NCBI GenBank assembly: GCA_054661495.1
Contig: BAAFSQ010000066.1
Location: 13,073-45,072, forward strand
Reading direction: 5' to 3'
DNA length: 32,000 nt
DNA from: Zygophlyctis sp. KS116
Taxonomy: Eukaryota; Fungi; Chytridiomycota
Shown: piece by piece, positions 10,338 through 22,445 of the stretch
Numbering within the stretch: position 1 is the first letter of the stretch
How the letters are laid out: each line of letters starts with the position of its first letter
Notes under the pieces: model-generated
Databases searched by the model: none
Told to the model about the DNA's origin: nothing
The model's input: the letters and a program-made list of their open reading frames with translations, nothing else
Position numbers and translations under genes: made by a program

Positions 10338-12029
10338 CTATTCTTGTTGACGCTGACGAGGAGCACAGCGAATAATATCATCCACACGTAAAATCAATTC
10401 TGATGCTTCTGATGCGGATAACAGCACCTGTCGCTTCAATTTGTAAGATTCAGTAATCCCAAGAGTGCGCATGTCTGCAATATCTCCATTGTACATATCT
10501 AATCCAAAAGTAGATTTTCCTTCATTATGTGCAGCTCTCAAACGAGTCACCAAGTCAGCACTGTCATATCCAGCATTGTCACTTAAAATCGTCGGAAGCT
10601 AGGAATTAAAAAAAATAAAGAGTACTTGACGAAGAGCTCTAGAGAATGCTTCCATGGCAATAGCTTTTTTACCAGGAGTTTTGACGGCCAATTGATCAAC
10701 AGCTTTTGCCATAATCATTTCAGCACAGCCTCCACCCAAAGAAGTTCTTGGTTCACAAACAGTTTGAGACAATACACAAAGAGCATCATGCAAAGATCTT
10801 TCAGCTTCATCCAGTAAGTGATTGGTTGCTCCTCTCAAAACAATTGTACAAGCTTCACCGGCAGCAACTCCGGAAAATTTAATTAATCTGTCTTCACCAA
10901 TCATTATTTCCTCAATCAAATCACAATGTCCCAATTTTACAAGTTCTGGATGTTCAAATGTGGAAGTAATTTCCCCGCCTTTAATTAGAGAAAAAGAGAA
11001 ATTTACCAGTCACTAGAGCTAGACGTTCTACACCTTCAAAATCAGCATGCTCAATTGCAGCAATCCCAGAGTCAGCAAAGAGTTGTTCTGGCCAGTTATA
11101 GATCAACTGACGATTTACAAAACAATTAATTCCATGACTCTTAATTTTTTCAACCTTTTCCTTCATTTTATTTCGTTCAGCACGTTCCAATTCAGCCAAT
11201 TTACCAGCAGCATCTACACGAACACGAGCACCAAAGATTTTAATTTTATCAGTATCCATAGCTAAAATTAATTATAGTAAACTTACGAGTATTAGAAATC
11301 AATATTTTAGCATTTTCAATACGTTTTGGTTGATTTACACCAATTTTTTTATCCAAAATAAATCCTTCATCCAAATAAGAATCTGTCAATTTCCCTCCAG
11401 CCTTTTTAATAATCTGAATATGATCTAAATTTGTACTTCCCTATTCTAAGTTTTAAAATAGATACCTTTAATCTAAGTACTGCATCAACAGCCAAAGTCC
11501 CAAACTTTTCCTTGTACTGACTTAGTACTTTTGAACTAAGAGTAGTTTTAGCAATATTCATCAAATCCTGACGAAATTTCTCTTTATCCGCACTATGATC
11601 TACTGCAGCAGCTTCCAAAGCCTTTAGAGCTTCAGCCGAAGCAAGTCTATAACCTTCAATAATCGTTTGAGGATGCATTTTCCCATTTATCAACTTTTCC
11701 GCTTCTCTCAACAATTCTCCGGCAAGAATACAAACAGAAGTTGTACCATCTCCAACCTCATCATCCTGCACTTTTGAAATATTGACCAATACTTTAGCCG
11801 CAGCGTTATCCAAGGCGATTGATTTTAAAATGGTCGCTCCATCGTTTGTCACAGTTACATTATCAGGGGAAGATAGCGACTGTAAAATCTTATCCATTCC
11901 TTTTGGGCCATAAGTCGATTTAACTAAATCACAAACAGCAATTGCACCGACAAACGCTGAAAGTCTAGCATTCTCTGCTCGTTCCTCTGTCGCATTATCC
12001 TGAAATATTTGAACTGGCGCAAAACTCAT
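10338..12029 (-). CDS. CCT2: T-complex protein 1 subunit beta (4 micro-introns)
   Basis: [72 protein letters not shown]. Confidence 0.97.
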
Positions 12030-12165
12030 ATTTTTAATTTCTGAAAAGAATTTTAACTGGGATAGGTTCCTTGGTTCCTTGGTATGTACTAAGGGGTATG
12101 TTAGTACCCACCAATCACTGATAAATCTCTAAAAGTTACAAGTGCTACGGTAAAAAGTAAGAATT

Positions 12166-13200
12166 TTATTGAGTAGATCGCAACTCTATTTTTAAATCTT
12201 GAATCGCAGTCTTCAACTTTTGACTTGCAATAGATTCTTCAAGTAAGAGTGGTGTTGCTTTAGAAACATAAAATTCAAGACCTTGAGTCATTTTCCCTGC
12301 AACTAAATTACTTCTAAATCCTACAATTTATAAAAAATCTTTATACCATTAATGATTAATTTTTCTACTTCTGATAGAGGTATCCCACATACTTTTGATA
12401 TTTCCTGATAAGAAATCTTTTTTAAAACATTTTGATTGCATAAATTTGTAAATGCATACAATTCTACCTTTCTTAATAGTTGATTACTGTCTAGTTTTTT
12501 AAAAAAATCCAGGAAAAATTACCATAAAACTCTTTAAAAGTAGAATCATCTTGAATCCATGCCTCTACATCCTTTTTAGATCCATTCTTGAAATGATTTA
12601 ATAGATTTTTTAATGGAATTTCTTTTTCTGATGATAATTTTAAATCTTGTAATACTTGTAGATTCATAATATTCAAATTAAAAAGTCCAATTTGTAACAA
12701 ATCTTTACATACTTGTTCATCATTATCAAATGATAAATAGTATAAACTTGCTTCAAATCCAAGATTAAAAAGTTTAAAGTCTTTGGCTTTAGCAATCAAT
12801 GATTTTATATCCTTGAAACCAACACTAGTGACTAGTTTGTAGACTTGACAAAGATCAGATTCATTTTTACATTTTTCAATGAGAATCTGTAACAATGCAT
12901 TTGATGTCAATCGACCGCAAATATGTAAAACTCTAACTTTTTAAAATCTAAAACTTACATTTGGAATTCCTTATCGTTGAGATCGTTTGATGTAATAAAC
13001 TGAATATAATCATCAAGATTAGCAGTGTCAACCAAGATTGCACAAATCCCATGAACCAATTGAGAGCATTCTTTAGACGTAAAACTTAGATTCTTTAGCA
13101 GATATTCTTTCCATGATTCAGATTCAAGACCGCTCAGACTCTTGTCATGAGTAAATGTTAAATGTTGGCTCAAAAGCTGTAAATCGGCAATACAATTCAT
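12166..13200 (-). CDS. PCI-domain protein, probably divergent eIF3 subunit M (3 micro-introns)
   Basis: C-terminal winged helix LLRKVELYAFTNLC...ISYQEISKVCGIPLSEVEKLIINGFRSNLVAGKMTQ. Confidence 0.55.
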
Positions 13201-13229
13201 TTTTTACTTGATCCTCCTCACACTTGTCC

Positions 13230-14702
13230 TTAGAGTTTGTCAAGTGCATTAGTGAGTCTAGAGAGTTCATTTCGCAAGAGTTTGGCTGTCCGAGTTATTT
13301 TTTCTTTAGTATCTAATAGATCAATAGACTGAGTTAGCGCATTATACCGACAGACAAATGGTCGGTCAATGTGCTTATCAGCAAAATTAATGACTTGATC
13401 CTTCATGGTTTCAAAAGAATCAGTTACAAAATACAATGGTTGATATTCTGTAATCCTAAAGCTGAATAATAATAATAATTACGGGTACTTTTGAGTTGAT
13501 GCTTTAACAGGATCAAAAGGAATATGTTTGGCTTTATCAGATAAACAATACTCTAATTCTCCAAAACTTGATAATAAACCAGCTCCATATGCTCGGACTT
13601 GGTCTCCTTGTCTTGTAAGACCAAATTCAACAGTAAACCAGTAAATTGTTGCAAGTTTTAATATATCCTAGATTTAAAAATTATAAATTACTTCATCAGA
13701 TGCTCCAAGAGATGCCAAGCCGATTTCTTGAGAGAAATCTGCAAAATCTATACTTGAGATTTTTATAAATACCTGGATCAGCGTATAATGGAACATGACC
13801 AAGTAATTCATGACATATATCAGGCTCTGGTGTATAAAGTGGTGCTGAATGATGACGAATATACTGAGTAGAATGAAATACTCTAAAAGCTAAAGCATTT
13901 AAAAAATCTCTAGAAGACAGTAATCCCATTACAGGACGTATTGTCCATCCTGTACAGTCTTTAAGAAATTGAGAAATATCTTCTAATTGTGGTATATTAT
14001 CTGCTCTATATCCACAATTTTGTACAAGCAACTATTTTTTTAATTTTGGTAAATAGAAATTACTGGAAATACATGCTGATGTTCCCAGCAAGCATGTGTA
14101 TTATACAATGTTGTTAGTTTATTAAACACTATCCCCCTATAGATAACTAAAAATAATTCATACCAAGTCTTTACTTCTTCAAGAGTATAATCTATATGAG
14201 GCAATTTCATTCCATACTCAAAAGACTTTGCCAAATTCGTAATTTCATTTCTTCTCGCACGATAAGTTGCATCTTTAAATCCTGGATGATCTGCATCAAG
14301 TTCCGCTCCATAAGAAAGAACCTTTTCAGAAAATGAATCAAGATCTGCAATATTTGTAGGAAACCATGGCACAGAAGTAAAAGCCGATGACGTTTTCATA
14401 TCATTATCTCCCATTCGGACAACTTTGACTGATTTCACAATCGGATTTATAGAATTTACAACCAATGAGACGACATCCTTATTTTTTGCATTGAAATCTA
14501 CATAAAAATCATACTCACCTCTGGTCTTTGAAGGCCTGGACTCAATTTTTTGAAGATTGACTGAAAGTGCAGCAAGATTTGACAAAACTTTATCAAGCGC
14601 CCCGACTTCATCATGCACAGAAAATCTATACTTAAACATCCAAAACTCTTACGAAACCGTTGTTCTGAAATATCTCTTTGCAAAATGTCGCAATCTAAAC
14701 AT
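13230..14702 (-). CDS. PAH: Phenylalanine 4-hydroxylase (ACT + biopterin-dependent catalytic domain), 6 micro-introns
   Basis: EVGAL and IESRPS ACT motifs; [48 protein letters not shown]. Confidence 0.93.
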
Positions 14703-14797
14703 TAAAAGCTATCAAACTCGACCTATTCCTCATGTCCGAAATTAAATCTGCAAATCATAATATTATTAGTCTAAAACATATTTTAATCTAAAATATA

Positions 14798-16057
14798 CTA
14801 TTCGATCAATGGGCCGTCAATATTTGTTTTAGATTCCTTTGCAAATTGTAATAAATCATTTACTATAGACTGCCAAGCAATATTTACATATGTAATAGAC
14901 ACTATTAGTCCTCTATGTAATGATTCTTCAGATTTTGAATGATCAGATGCTAAAGAGCCTAGTATATATTTTGATGCAACTCCTCCAAGTTTTTTCATTA
15001 GTCCAGAATCTTTTTTTTCTTCTTCTAAACGTGATAATGAATTAATTGCAACTTGACATTGTCCTTTTCCTTTTGGTCCACGCATCATTATATATTCAGT
15101 CTTTTTTAAACTTGATAGACTTGAAGAAGGCCCTAATTTTGACCAACTAGACTTTAAAGTTTGAGCTGCTAAACTCTTTTGAGAGTAAACATCTGATAAA
15201 GAGAGAAAAGGAACTGCACCTTGAAAGAGTATAATTTTACTTGTATCTGGAGGAGTTGGAAATGGTGATAAATCATCATTCAACTCTAAATTTGCCTTTT
15301 CACTTGATCCTCTAGTCATTGAAGTAAAATCCTTGTTTATTCCTAGTTTTTGTGGTAGTAAAATACATAATTCTACACATAAATATTCATTTTGACAAAT
15401 TTCCAATTGTAAACTTGAAGATTCAAAATCATTAACTGTATAATATACAAAAGGAAACGAACATTCATTCATTAAAGCATCTTTTACATCCATTCTTGAC
15501 TTGTAAGGAGCTGAAAATACTTTTTTAACCATTCTATTAGTTGCAACCATTTTCTGTCTTTTTTGTTGAGAGTCTATATGTAATTTATTACCAGTATTTG
15601 ACATTGTATTAGCAGATGATGTACTATTTGAACCAGATTCAAAAATTGTAGAAATTTCTTGCTTCTGACAGACTGCAACAGTCAAATAACAAGAAATTTG
15701 TGAGATTAGATTTAAAAAGAATGTTTTTTTCCAGTCTATAGAAACATTCAACTCTGGAAGTCCTGCATTTGCAACTCTTCTCTTGACGAGAATACAATCA
15801 TTTTGTGAAACTGAATCATCATCCAATACAAAAAACAATAAATCATCGTTTGCATCCCCAGAATAGTCTATAAAGTTTGAGATAAATAGCGATTTCCATC
15901 TTGGATCACAAGCGTCAAAGTCCTTGTCATCCGTTGGACTTGGCAGAGAGTCTTTTGTAGCCGACGCTCTTGAATTCCTTGGTAGAGGAAATATCGGACC
16001 ATGTAAATTCTCTACCAACAGTTTATCCAAGAGCAATAGAAGCGTTTCGGGTGACAT
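14798..16057 (-). CDS. DUF2045 / KIAA0930-like protein (intronless)
   Basis: DDLLFFV, IDWKKTFFLNLI, YYTVNDFE, LFQGAV, MRGPKGKG, TYVNIAWQSIVNDLL. Confidence 0.8.
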   Translation of the reverse strand: MSPETLLLLLDKLLVENLHGPIFPLPRNSRASATKDSLPSPTDDKDFDACDPRWKSLFISNFIDYSGDANDDLLFFVLDDDSVSQNDCILVKRRVANAGLPELNVSIDWKKTFFLNLISQISCYLTVAVCQKQEISTIFESGSNSTSSANTMSNTGNKLHIDSQQKRQKMVATNRMVKKVFSAPYKSRMDVKDALMNECSFPFVYYTVNDFESSSLQLEICQNEYLCVELCILLPQKLGINKDFTSMTRGSSEKANLELNDDLSPFPTPPDTSKIILFQGAVPFLSLSDVYSQKSLAAQTLKSSWSKLGPSSSLSSLKKTEYIMMRGPKGKGQCQVAINSLSRLEEEKKDSGLMKKLGGVASKYILGSLASDHSKSEESLHRGLIVSITYVNIAWQSIVNDLLQFAKESKTNIDGPLIE

Positions 16058-16504
16058 TTTTTAATTTTTACTCTGTTGTGGATTTTGATGGTTGTTAAAT
16101 GATCTTTTGTTATCAAAACTTTAGATCCATCCAATGTTGGACTATTTTAGAATGAATGCAGCTCTTGAAATCCTTTAAAGATGTCAAGATGTGGGATTAA
16201 AATCAAAACTAATAATTATAAACTGCAAAATATAATTTTATAATAATCTAGTATTCTAAAGTAATATTCAACTTGTCCGATTTACCCAAGCTCTCATCAG
16301 GGTTATTTTCTCTCTAGGTTTGAGACTTTTATCCCAACTGGTAGGTTTGATACTGATAAGTTTATCACGTGCTCATAACAAGCTGCTTGTGCGCACTGAT
16401 TTGCCATGATCCACAAACGCAAAAATGATGGAAAAGCTTTAATCAATTTTGACTGTTTTAGTGTTTAGGCTAAAGTCAAGTCCAGAGAGATTTCTCAATT
16501 TTAA

Positions 16505-16534
16505 CTAGAATTTACATTAGAATTTACACTAGAA
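16505..16534. repeat. 12-nt period tandem repeat (YTAGAATTTACA x ~2.5) directly before the kinase ATG
   Basis: ctagaatttaca ttagaatttaca ctagaa atg. Confidence 0.7.
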
Positions 16535-17826
16535 ATGATTGTTTTTTTACTCTTTATGGCTGTATCCTGTGGTAATACTCTAAAAATAATTTTATTTTAG
16601 TACCGGTAGATCCAGGGCGATTGAATGCTTTATCAAACGCAAACCTAAAAATAGGAATTCCGAAAACTAGTCGAAATTTTGGACAGGTTTTGATTCAGTC
16701 GATTTTTACAGAAACTCACAAATCTGATTCACAAAATATAAATCAGATTTTGGATGAGTCGGGAGCATTGGATTTACATGACTCCAGAGAAAGAACCCTA
16801 GCACTAAAACATCTACAAGTTTTGCTTTCAAACCCTTCAGTTTTAGCTGCTAAAAATGAAAAGGGAAGGGCTTGGATAAAACAATTAGTACACGGGTATG
16901 AAAGAATAGTAGAAATCGCTCCTCTTTCAGCTGAAACAGATGAAATTTTAAGTGACTTTAAAAATGCCCTCAAGAATTTTGTATCCGATGAACAATTGAA
17001 ATTTATTGATGATGCAGCACTCAAACAAAAGACTTTTCAATTATCACTCGGTGAAGATGATTTGGAATTTCCTATTTCACTAGGAACTGGTCAGGATGAA
17101 TTAGTGTTGGTGGGAAAGTTGGGTCAAGGCGCATATGGTGCTGCATTTGAAGCATACTCTAAAGGAGGAAGCGTTATTGGGCCTTTAGTAGTCAAAATAT
17201 TCTTGAGAAATAGACAACATAATTCTTATCCGTCTTTTCAAATGGAAAAAAAAGTTTTGGAAAAATTAAAAAGGTTGGTTCATGCTGATAATGATTTTTG
17301 GATGTTGGTGTACAAAAAGGTTGAAGGAGATGATCTTTTAAGTGTTTTTTATCAAAATCCAGAAAAATCTGACTTGTACAAGGATGATTATGAAAAGTTG
17401 AGTTCGGACTTTTACTTAAAGACTGGAATGATTCATGGAGATATACGGCCTCCAAATGTAATTGTAGAAAAAAATACTGGGAAATTAACTCTGATTGATT
17501 TTGGGAGAACTTTTGTTCCCGAATTGAAGTCTTTCCCAGATTTGTTGCGTAAAGATGTCCAATGGGCCAGGAATGAATTCAAATATTCTATTCTTTTCAT
17601 CAAAATGGAAAAAGGATATCAAAAACCTACTGAAGAGGGCTCTTTAGACGCTATTGAAGAGTATCTAGATTATTTGCTGAAATATGAAGATCGAGAAGAC
17701 CAAGTACAATCAGAAGTATTGAGATATTACAAACTTGTAAATCAACTTAGGGAAGAAAGAAATGTAACCAATGAGAGAATCAACCACTTTAATCAATACT
17801 ATACTAAATATTTGAAATATACATAA
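16535..17826 (+). CDS. Putative secreted protein kinase-like protein; intron 16572-16600
   Basis: Exon 1 encodes MIVFLLFMAVSC-VPV and splices in frame; LGQGAYG, VVKIF, HGDIRPPNV, LIDFG. Confidence 0.8.
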
Positions 17827-17950
17827 AAACCCGAATGCATTTCTCGTGAATAATTTCTCTCTGATATATATCGCCTTTAGTTCATTAAATCAGACTCTTT
17901 ATCCCTTGAATTTAACTAGGGAAGACATCAATCTTTATGAAAGTTTGGGA

Positions 17951-17993
17951 TCATGTCCGATCATGTCCGATAAGTCCGATATCTCATGTCTGA
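17951..17993. promoter_or_regulatory. Tandem TCATGTCCGA / GTCCGA elements upstream of ATG27
   Basis: GTCCGA at 17955, 17965, 17974 and degenerate GTCTGA at 17988; the same motif recurs upstream of many genes. Confidence 0.6.
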
Positions 17994-18011
17994 CGTAAGA
18001 TTGATTGTTTG

Positions 18012-18802
18012 ATGATTATAATAATTCTTTTGCAGATATTGAGAGCTCAGGCTCAGTTTACAAACTGCTCATACATAAAATCAAAAGATCTCTTGTTTAA
18101 TCTTTCTTCAATGGCTAAAATTGATATTAATCTTTTGACAGTCAACTATTCACTCTCTGTGACAAAAGTAAATCTTACTGGAGATATATGTGGGCCCATC
18201 AGTTCTGAATGCAGTGATCATAATGCATGGTTTTGCCAGACAAGGATAAACTACAAAAATAATACAGCATATCTCATTGATGCAGTTGGCTTATCTGATC
18301 ATCCACCAAATATTTCTGTATCAGATCATTTGCCTGATACGTTAACTTTGGATTATGGTGAAAAACTAAAAATACATTATAAATGTAAAAGAAATGATGC
18401 AGATGTAATCTAAATCAATCCTAAAAATTAGAATTTATACAAGTTTATAATGCCTCATAATTCAACAATTGTCACAGAACTTATTATCGAATCAGAGAAA
18501 GCCTGCCCTATTCAACCAAATAATCAAGAGCATGGAAATAGTTCAAGATCAATCATTGGTGGGTTTCTGACTAGCTTCTGCATTCTAACATCCATATACT
18601 TTATTCTGGGCACTGCATACAATATGTCGGTGAATAAGAGTAAGTTGACTTATTATAATATCTAGTTACAGAATTTCCAGACATGATCCCACATATAGAT
18701 TTTTGGAGAAGTATAACTTCAAAGTTTAGAGATCTAATTTTGAAATTGGTTGATAAAACTAGGTCTGGAGGACATGCTGGAAGTGGTTATGTTAGCCTAT
18801 AA
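18012..18802 (+). CDS. ATG27: Atg27 / mannose-6-phosphate-receptor-homology type I membrane protein (2 introns)
   Basis: Signal peptide, Cys-containing MRH domain, TM YFILGTAYN, DMIPHIDFW, C-terminal GYVSL sorting motif. Confidence 0.8.
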
Positions 18803-18815
18803 ATTAAGAAATAAA

Positions 18816-21800
18816 TTAAGGATCAATCAGACAGTCTTCAAGACTGATGGTTTCGTCCAACCGTTTTGATAACAGTTTTCGTGTCCATCTGTAGCGATTA
18901 GATACCAGAATGCTCAAAAAGGCTTGAGCTGAAATCCAAACTATTTGGTTTTCAGAAACTTCACAACGTGCATGTATATCGGGGTATACTTTAGTAAAAG
19001 ACCGACATCTGCTTTTAACTAGAGTAACGGCATAAGATATAATATCATTAATCACCCCTGAAATTAAGAAATTAAAGTTAACCTAAAAGAAAAGACTCTG
19101 GTGTTTTAATATAACCAAATATGCGGTCTAATTCAGATACATATGCATCATATTTAATGGCCACATTCCTTATGCTTTGATAAATGTTTATATGAGCCTT
19201 TCTTACTGATATAAATGATGTATCAAAACATATAGCATGAAACTTGGATTTAAGCGAGTTCAGCATCCTTTGACGGAAACAAGCACCGGGTGTTTTACCT
19301 ACTTCGATCGTTAGTGTACATGATACTCCTTCAATTAAGATCCTGAAAATTTACCTTGTTTTTGTTTTTGTATGGTAGAATAATCATTCATTACGGATAA
19401 ATCTTCAGTATCAATCAATAGCCCACACCAAGGAAATGCTCGAGTGAGTTTTGGTAATGCATTTAACTGATCATGTTCAAAATTGATTAAAGTTTTCTCC
19501 GAGTTAATAAAACATCGATATTTAGGAAAACCTATATATAAGCTTAAAGACTTACCATCCAAAAACATTTTCAAAAATCTTTTAGTTTTTTCTTTACTGG
19601 TTGAAATAAAAAGAAAATCATCTACAAAGCGTAGCAAAAGAGAGTGGTCGGTCCGAAACTCTGCTAGTTTTTCATTTTCTAGATGTCCATAATAAAAACT
19701 GTTGTCACGATAAAAACTTATTACTTGCATAAAATCGTTGAAAGAACAGAACCTTGGGGGATGCCCACTTTTTGACGATAAAATTTACTTCCAATCTAAT
19801 TATTATAAAGTTTCATAATAACGTACCTTGATGACATTTTCAGTGATATGTTCTTTGATTAGCTTCAAGATTTGGATTTTGTCTTCAAAGCTATATACAA
19901 CCTTTCACATGAGTTGATTTATGGATACCTGATCGATAAAAAGTGTATTGGAGAACGATGTGCTTAAACTGTGGGCAAGATTTGAAAAGTCAGAAAACAT
20001 ATGTGCTGAATCTGCCTTACGTGAGAATTCCCGTTTGAATTGACCATTTACTTTATACAAAGCTGAATACTTTTGCACTATGTATTCTTCCTATTGATTT
20101 TAATATTACTATTTGATACCTGGCTTAAAATCCGGTTTACAATGGAGAACAATGTACCGTGATCAATGTTGTCAAAGCATGACACCACATCTATTTTACA
20201 AAAGTAAAAATTTGGAAGTCTAACAGAATGATATAAGTAATCACATACTTATTATTTGGATTCTTTTGCTCGATTCGCCTTCTGAATGACTTAATCCTGG
20301 CAAATATTTCATTCATACCCACAACTGAAGCTCCAATCAACTCAGGATTTTTGATCTAGAAATAAGTCCAGATAATCAATGTACGTACCTTTTCATACGT
20401 CAAAACTTGAAAAGAATTTTGCAAGATTGAATTGATCGACGTTCCATATTGCTTAATTGTCGTAGATTTGCTCTAAGCATAAGCCCAAGGTAAGTTACCA
20501 ATTTGATTTGCCGTCTTTTCAGATTGATTATTGTCCTAAATCCATTATTTTTTGGAAGCATTCGAACAAATGAATATCCAAAGGTTCTATTAGAGAATAA
20601 TGTTTCGATATCTTTCTAAAGATGGATTAGTTTTTAATATTACTTTATGAATCGCTTCAAAATCGTCCGTTTTGAGTCTTGAAAATGACGGAGCAGTTAG
20701 TATTTGCCAAATATCTTGCCTGAAATAGCTTTGAAAAATTAGATCATGCAAGATTACAAAATAGAATTCTTGTGAGGTCCGGTTTCTGTAATATAAAATG
20801 ATGTCTTTAGCAATGGAATAAGAAATTCATTCATCGTCCAATAAACGAATTCATAAAATACTCTTCTTCGCTTATTCATATCGGACATTGGTACACGTGC
20901 GAATTCATGAGTATTTGGTAAGGAAAGCCAAGAAACAGATTTAATCCCAATATTTTCCATAAAATTGTGGAGGCTAAATGTCTCATATCTTCTCATTACA
21001 ATAAATTGCTTAATCCCTATACATATGAGAAAAATAATATCAGCTACATTTAAAAACCAATTTCTGATTTTCTTGAGATCCCCAAATATCAACGGGAAAC
21101 ACTTTTAAAAAAACTGCCCATACAAATGAGACCACCTGTTCATGTTTCAAATGATATTCTATTTCATTATTTTCCTGCATTTCCTCATCTTTAGAAAAAT
21201 CAAAACTTACTATTTTCGGACAATAGTAATCAATCAAAGCAGAGTAATTACAAATAGAATGCCGATAAATTATCCATTTCAGTAATCTTGAAGCCTTTTC
21301 CAGCCTTTTTGGAATAAGAGTATTTTGATTATTTTGCATGGCTATAGGATGCGATGCTATAACACTTTGTAATCCAAAACAATCAGGAAACACAATTTTC
21401 AGTAAATCATCAATTTCAAATTGTTTCAACTTAATTTTTTGAAGAATATGATCCCTTGGCAATCCAATTATCCAATTCTGTCCTGACCGTGTCTTTTTCC
21501 CCATCCCATAAAATATTCTAGATCTCGGAAAAGTAATTTTAGAAATCTTTAAAGATGGTAAATGCTTTACAGTCTTGTACTTTTTTTGATTTCCATTTTC
21601 AAAGTGAAGTCCCCTTTTTCTTTTCCGTGCATTAATCTCTTGCATAACTTCCCCATCTGTCATTGGCATTCCTAAATATTATATCAGTTTTTTTAATTCA
21701 CCATTCAACTGATAAAAGCATCCATTTTCAAGTTTCTTAAACATACACGTTTGAAGGAGTAAATAAGTCATACATTCATCCCCAATACTATTTTTTAAGA

Positions 21801-22169
21801 AAAGTAAAGTTACTGATTTAATAATATCTCCCAGGGCCTAGATTTCAATTCGTTAATGATTGTATTTGGAAAATGATTGATTAAACTCCCCAATTGATTA
21901 TTTGGATTCCTTTGCGACGCTGCAGAATACCCCAAAGTCATAATATTATTAATTTTGTTCTTGAAACAATATGAGATTACTTGATCAACTATTTCTGATT
22001 GCGAATAAAAGGAAGATGATCTACATGGCATTTTCCCGTGATTGCACCCAACAATAACTTGACTTAAAATTCCAGACTCTAGAGATTCTAATTCCTTTAA
22101 TTCAGTCCCTGAAAATTCATTAATGACTTGTGCCAGAGAAGAATATTTCTGAAAATGATCAAAGAACAT
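18816..22169 (-). CDS. TERT: Telomerase reverse transcriptase (about 15 micro-introns)
   Basis: TEN GQ motif (IGDE...FYQLNG), T motif FYITE...YFRQDIW, motif A KIDVVSCFDNI, B' GIPQGSVLS, C LLRFVDDFLFI, E FPWCGLLI. Confidence 0.95.
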
Positions 22170-22445
22170 TACAGACTTTGAATTTCTCACCGCCTAAACT
22201 TGAATCGCTGGCCACTTTAGTACAATTCATGCATTCATGATTCTGCGCTTCCGCTCTCAACGCCATTCCATATTTCTGATGGACAATCTAATAATGCATT
22301 GGTATACTATATCTACCAACTCGTATCTACAACTCTAATACATCCAACTCTAAGAGATCTTGCAACGGCCAAGAGTTGGCAAGAACCTAGACTCAGCCTC
22401 TTAAAAATTCCATCAAAACTTGTTCTTGGAAAGAGATTCTGCAGA

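Noticed and set aside
13212-13219. GAGGAGG Shine-Dalgarno-like word before the eIF3m-like ATG
   Set aside because: Single instance in an intron-rich eukaryotic context; absent from other short spacers
17858-17895. TCGCCTTTAG in a small stem as U5 snRNA loop I
   Set aside because: Does not match the invariant GCCUUUUAC; no convincing Sm site
17951-17993. Short tandem repeats as a CRISPR array
   Set aside because: 10-nt units without spacers; eukaryotic DNA with no cas genes
19335-20300. RT motifs as a retrotransposon or retron
   Set aside because: TEN and T motifs and ~15 spliceosomal introns identify canonical TERT
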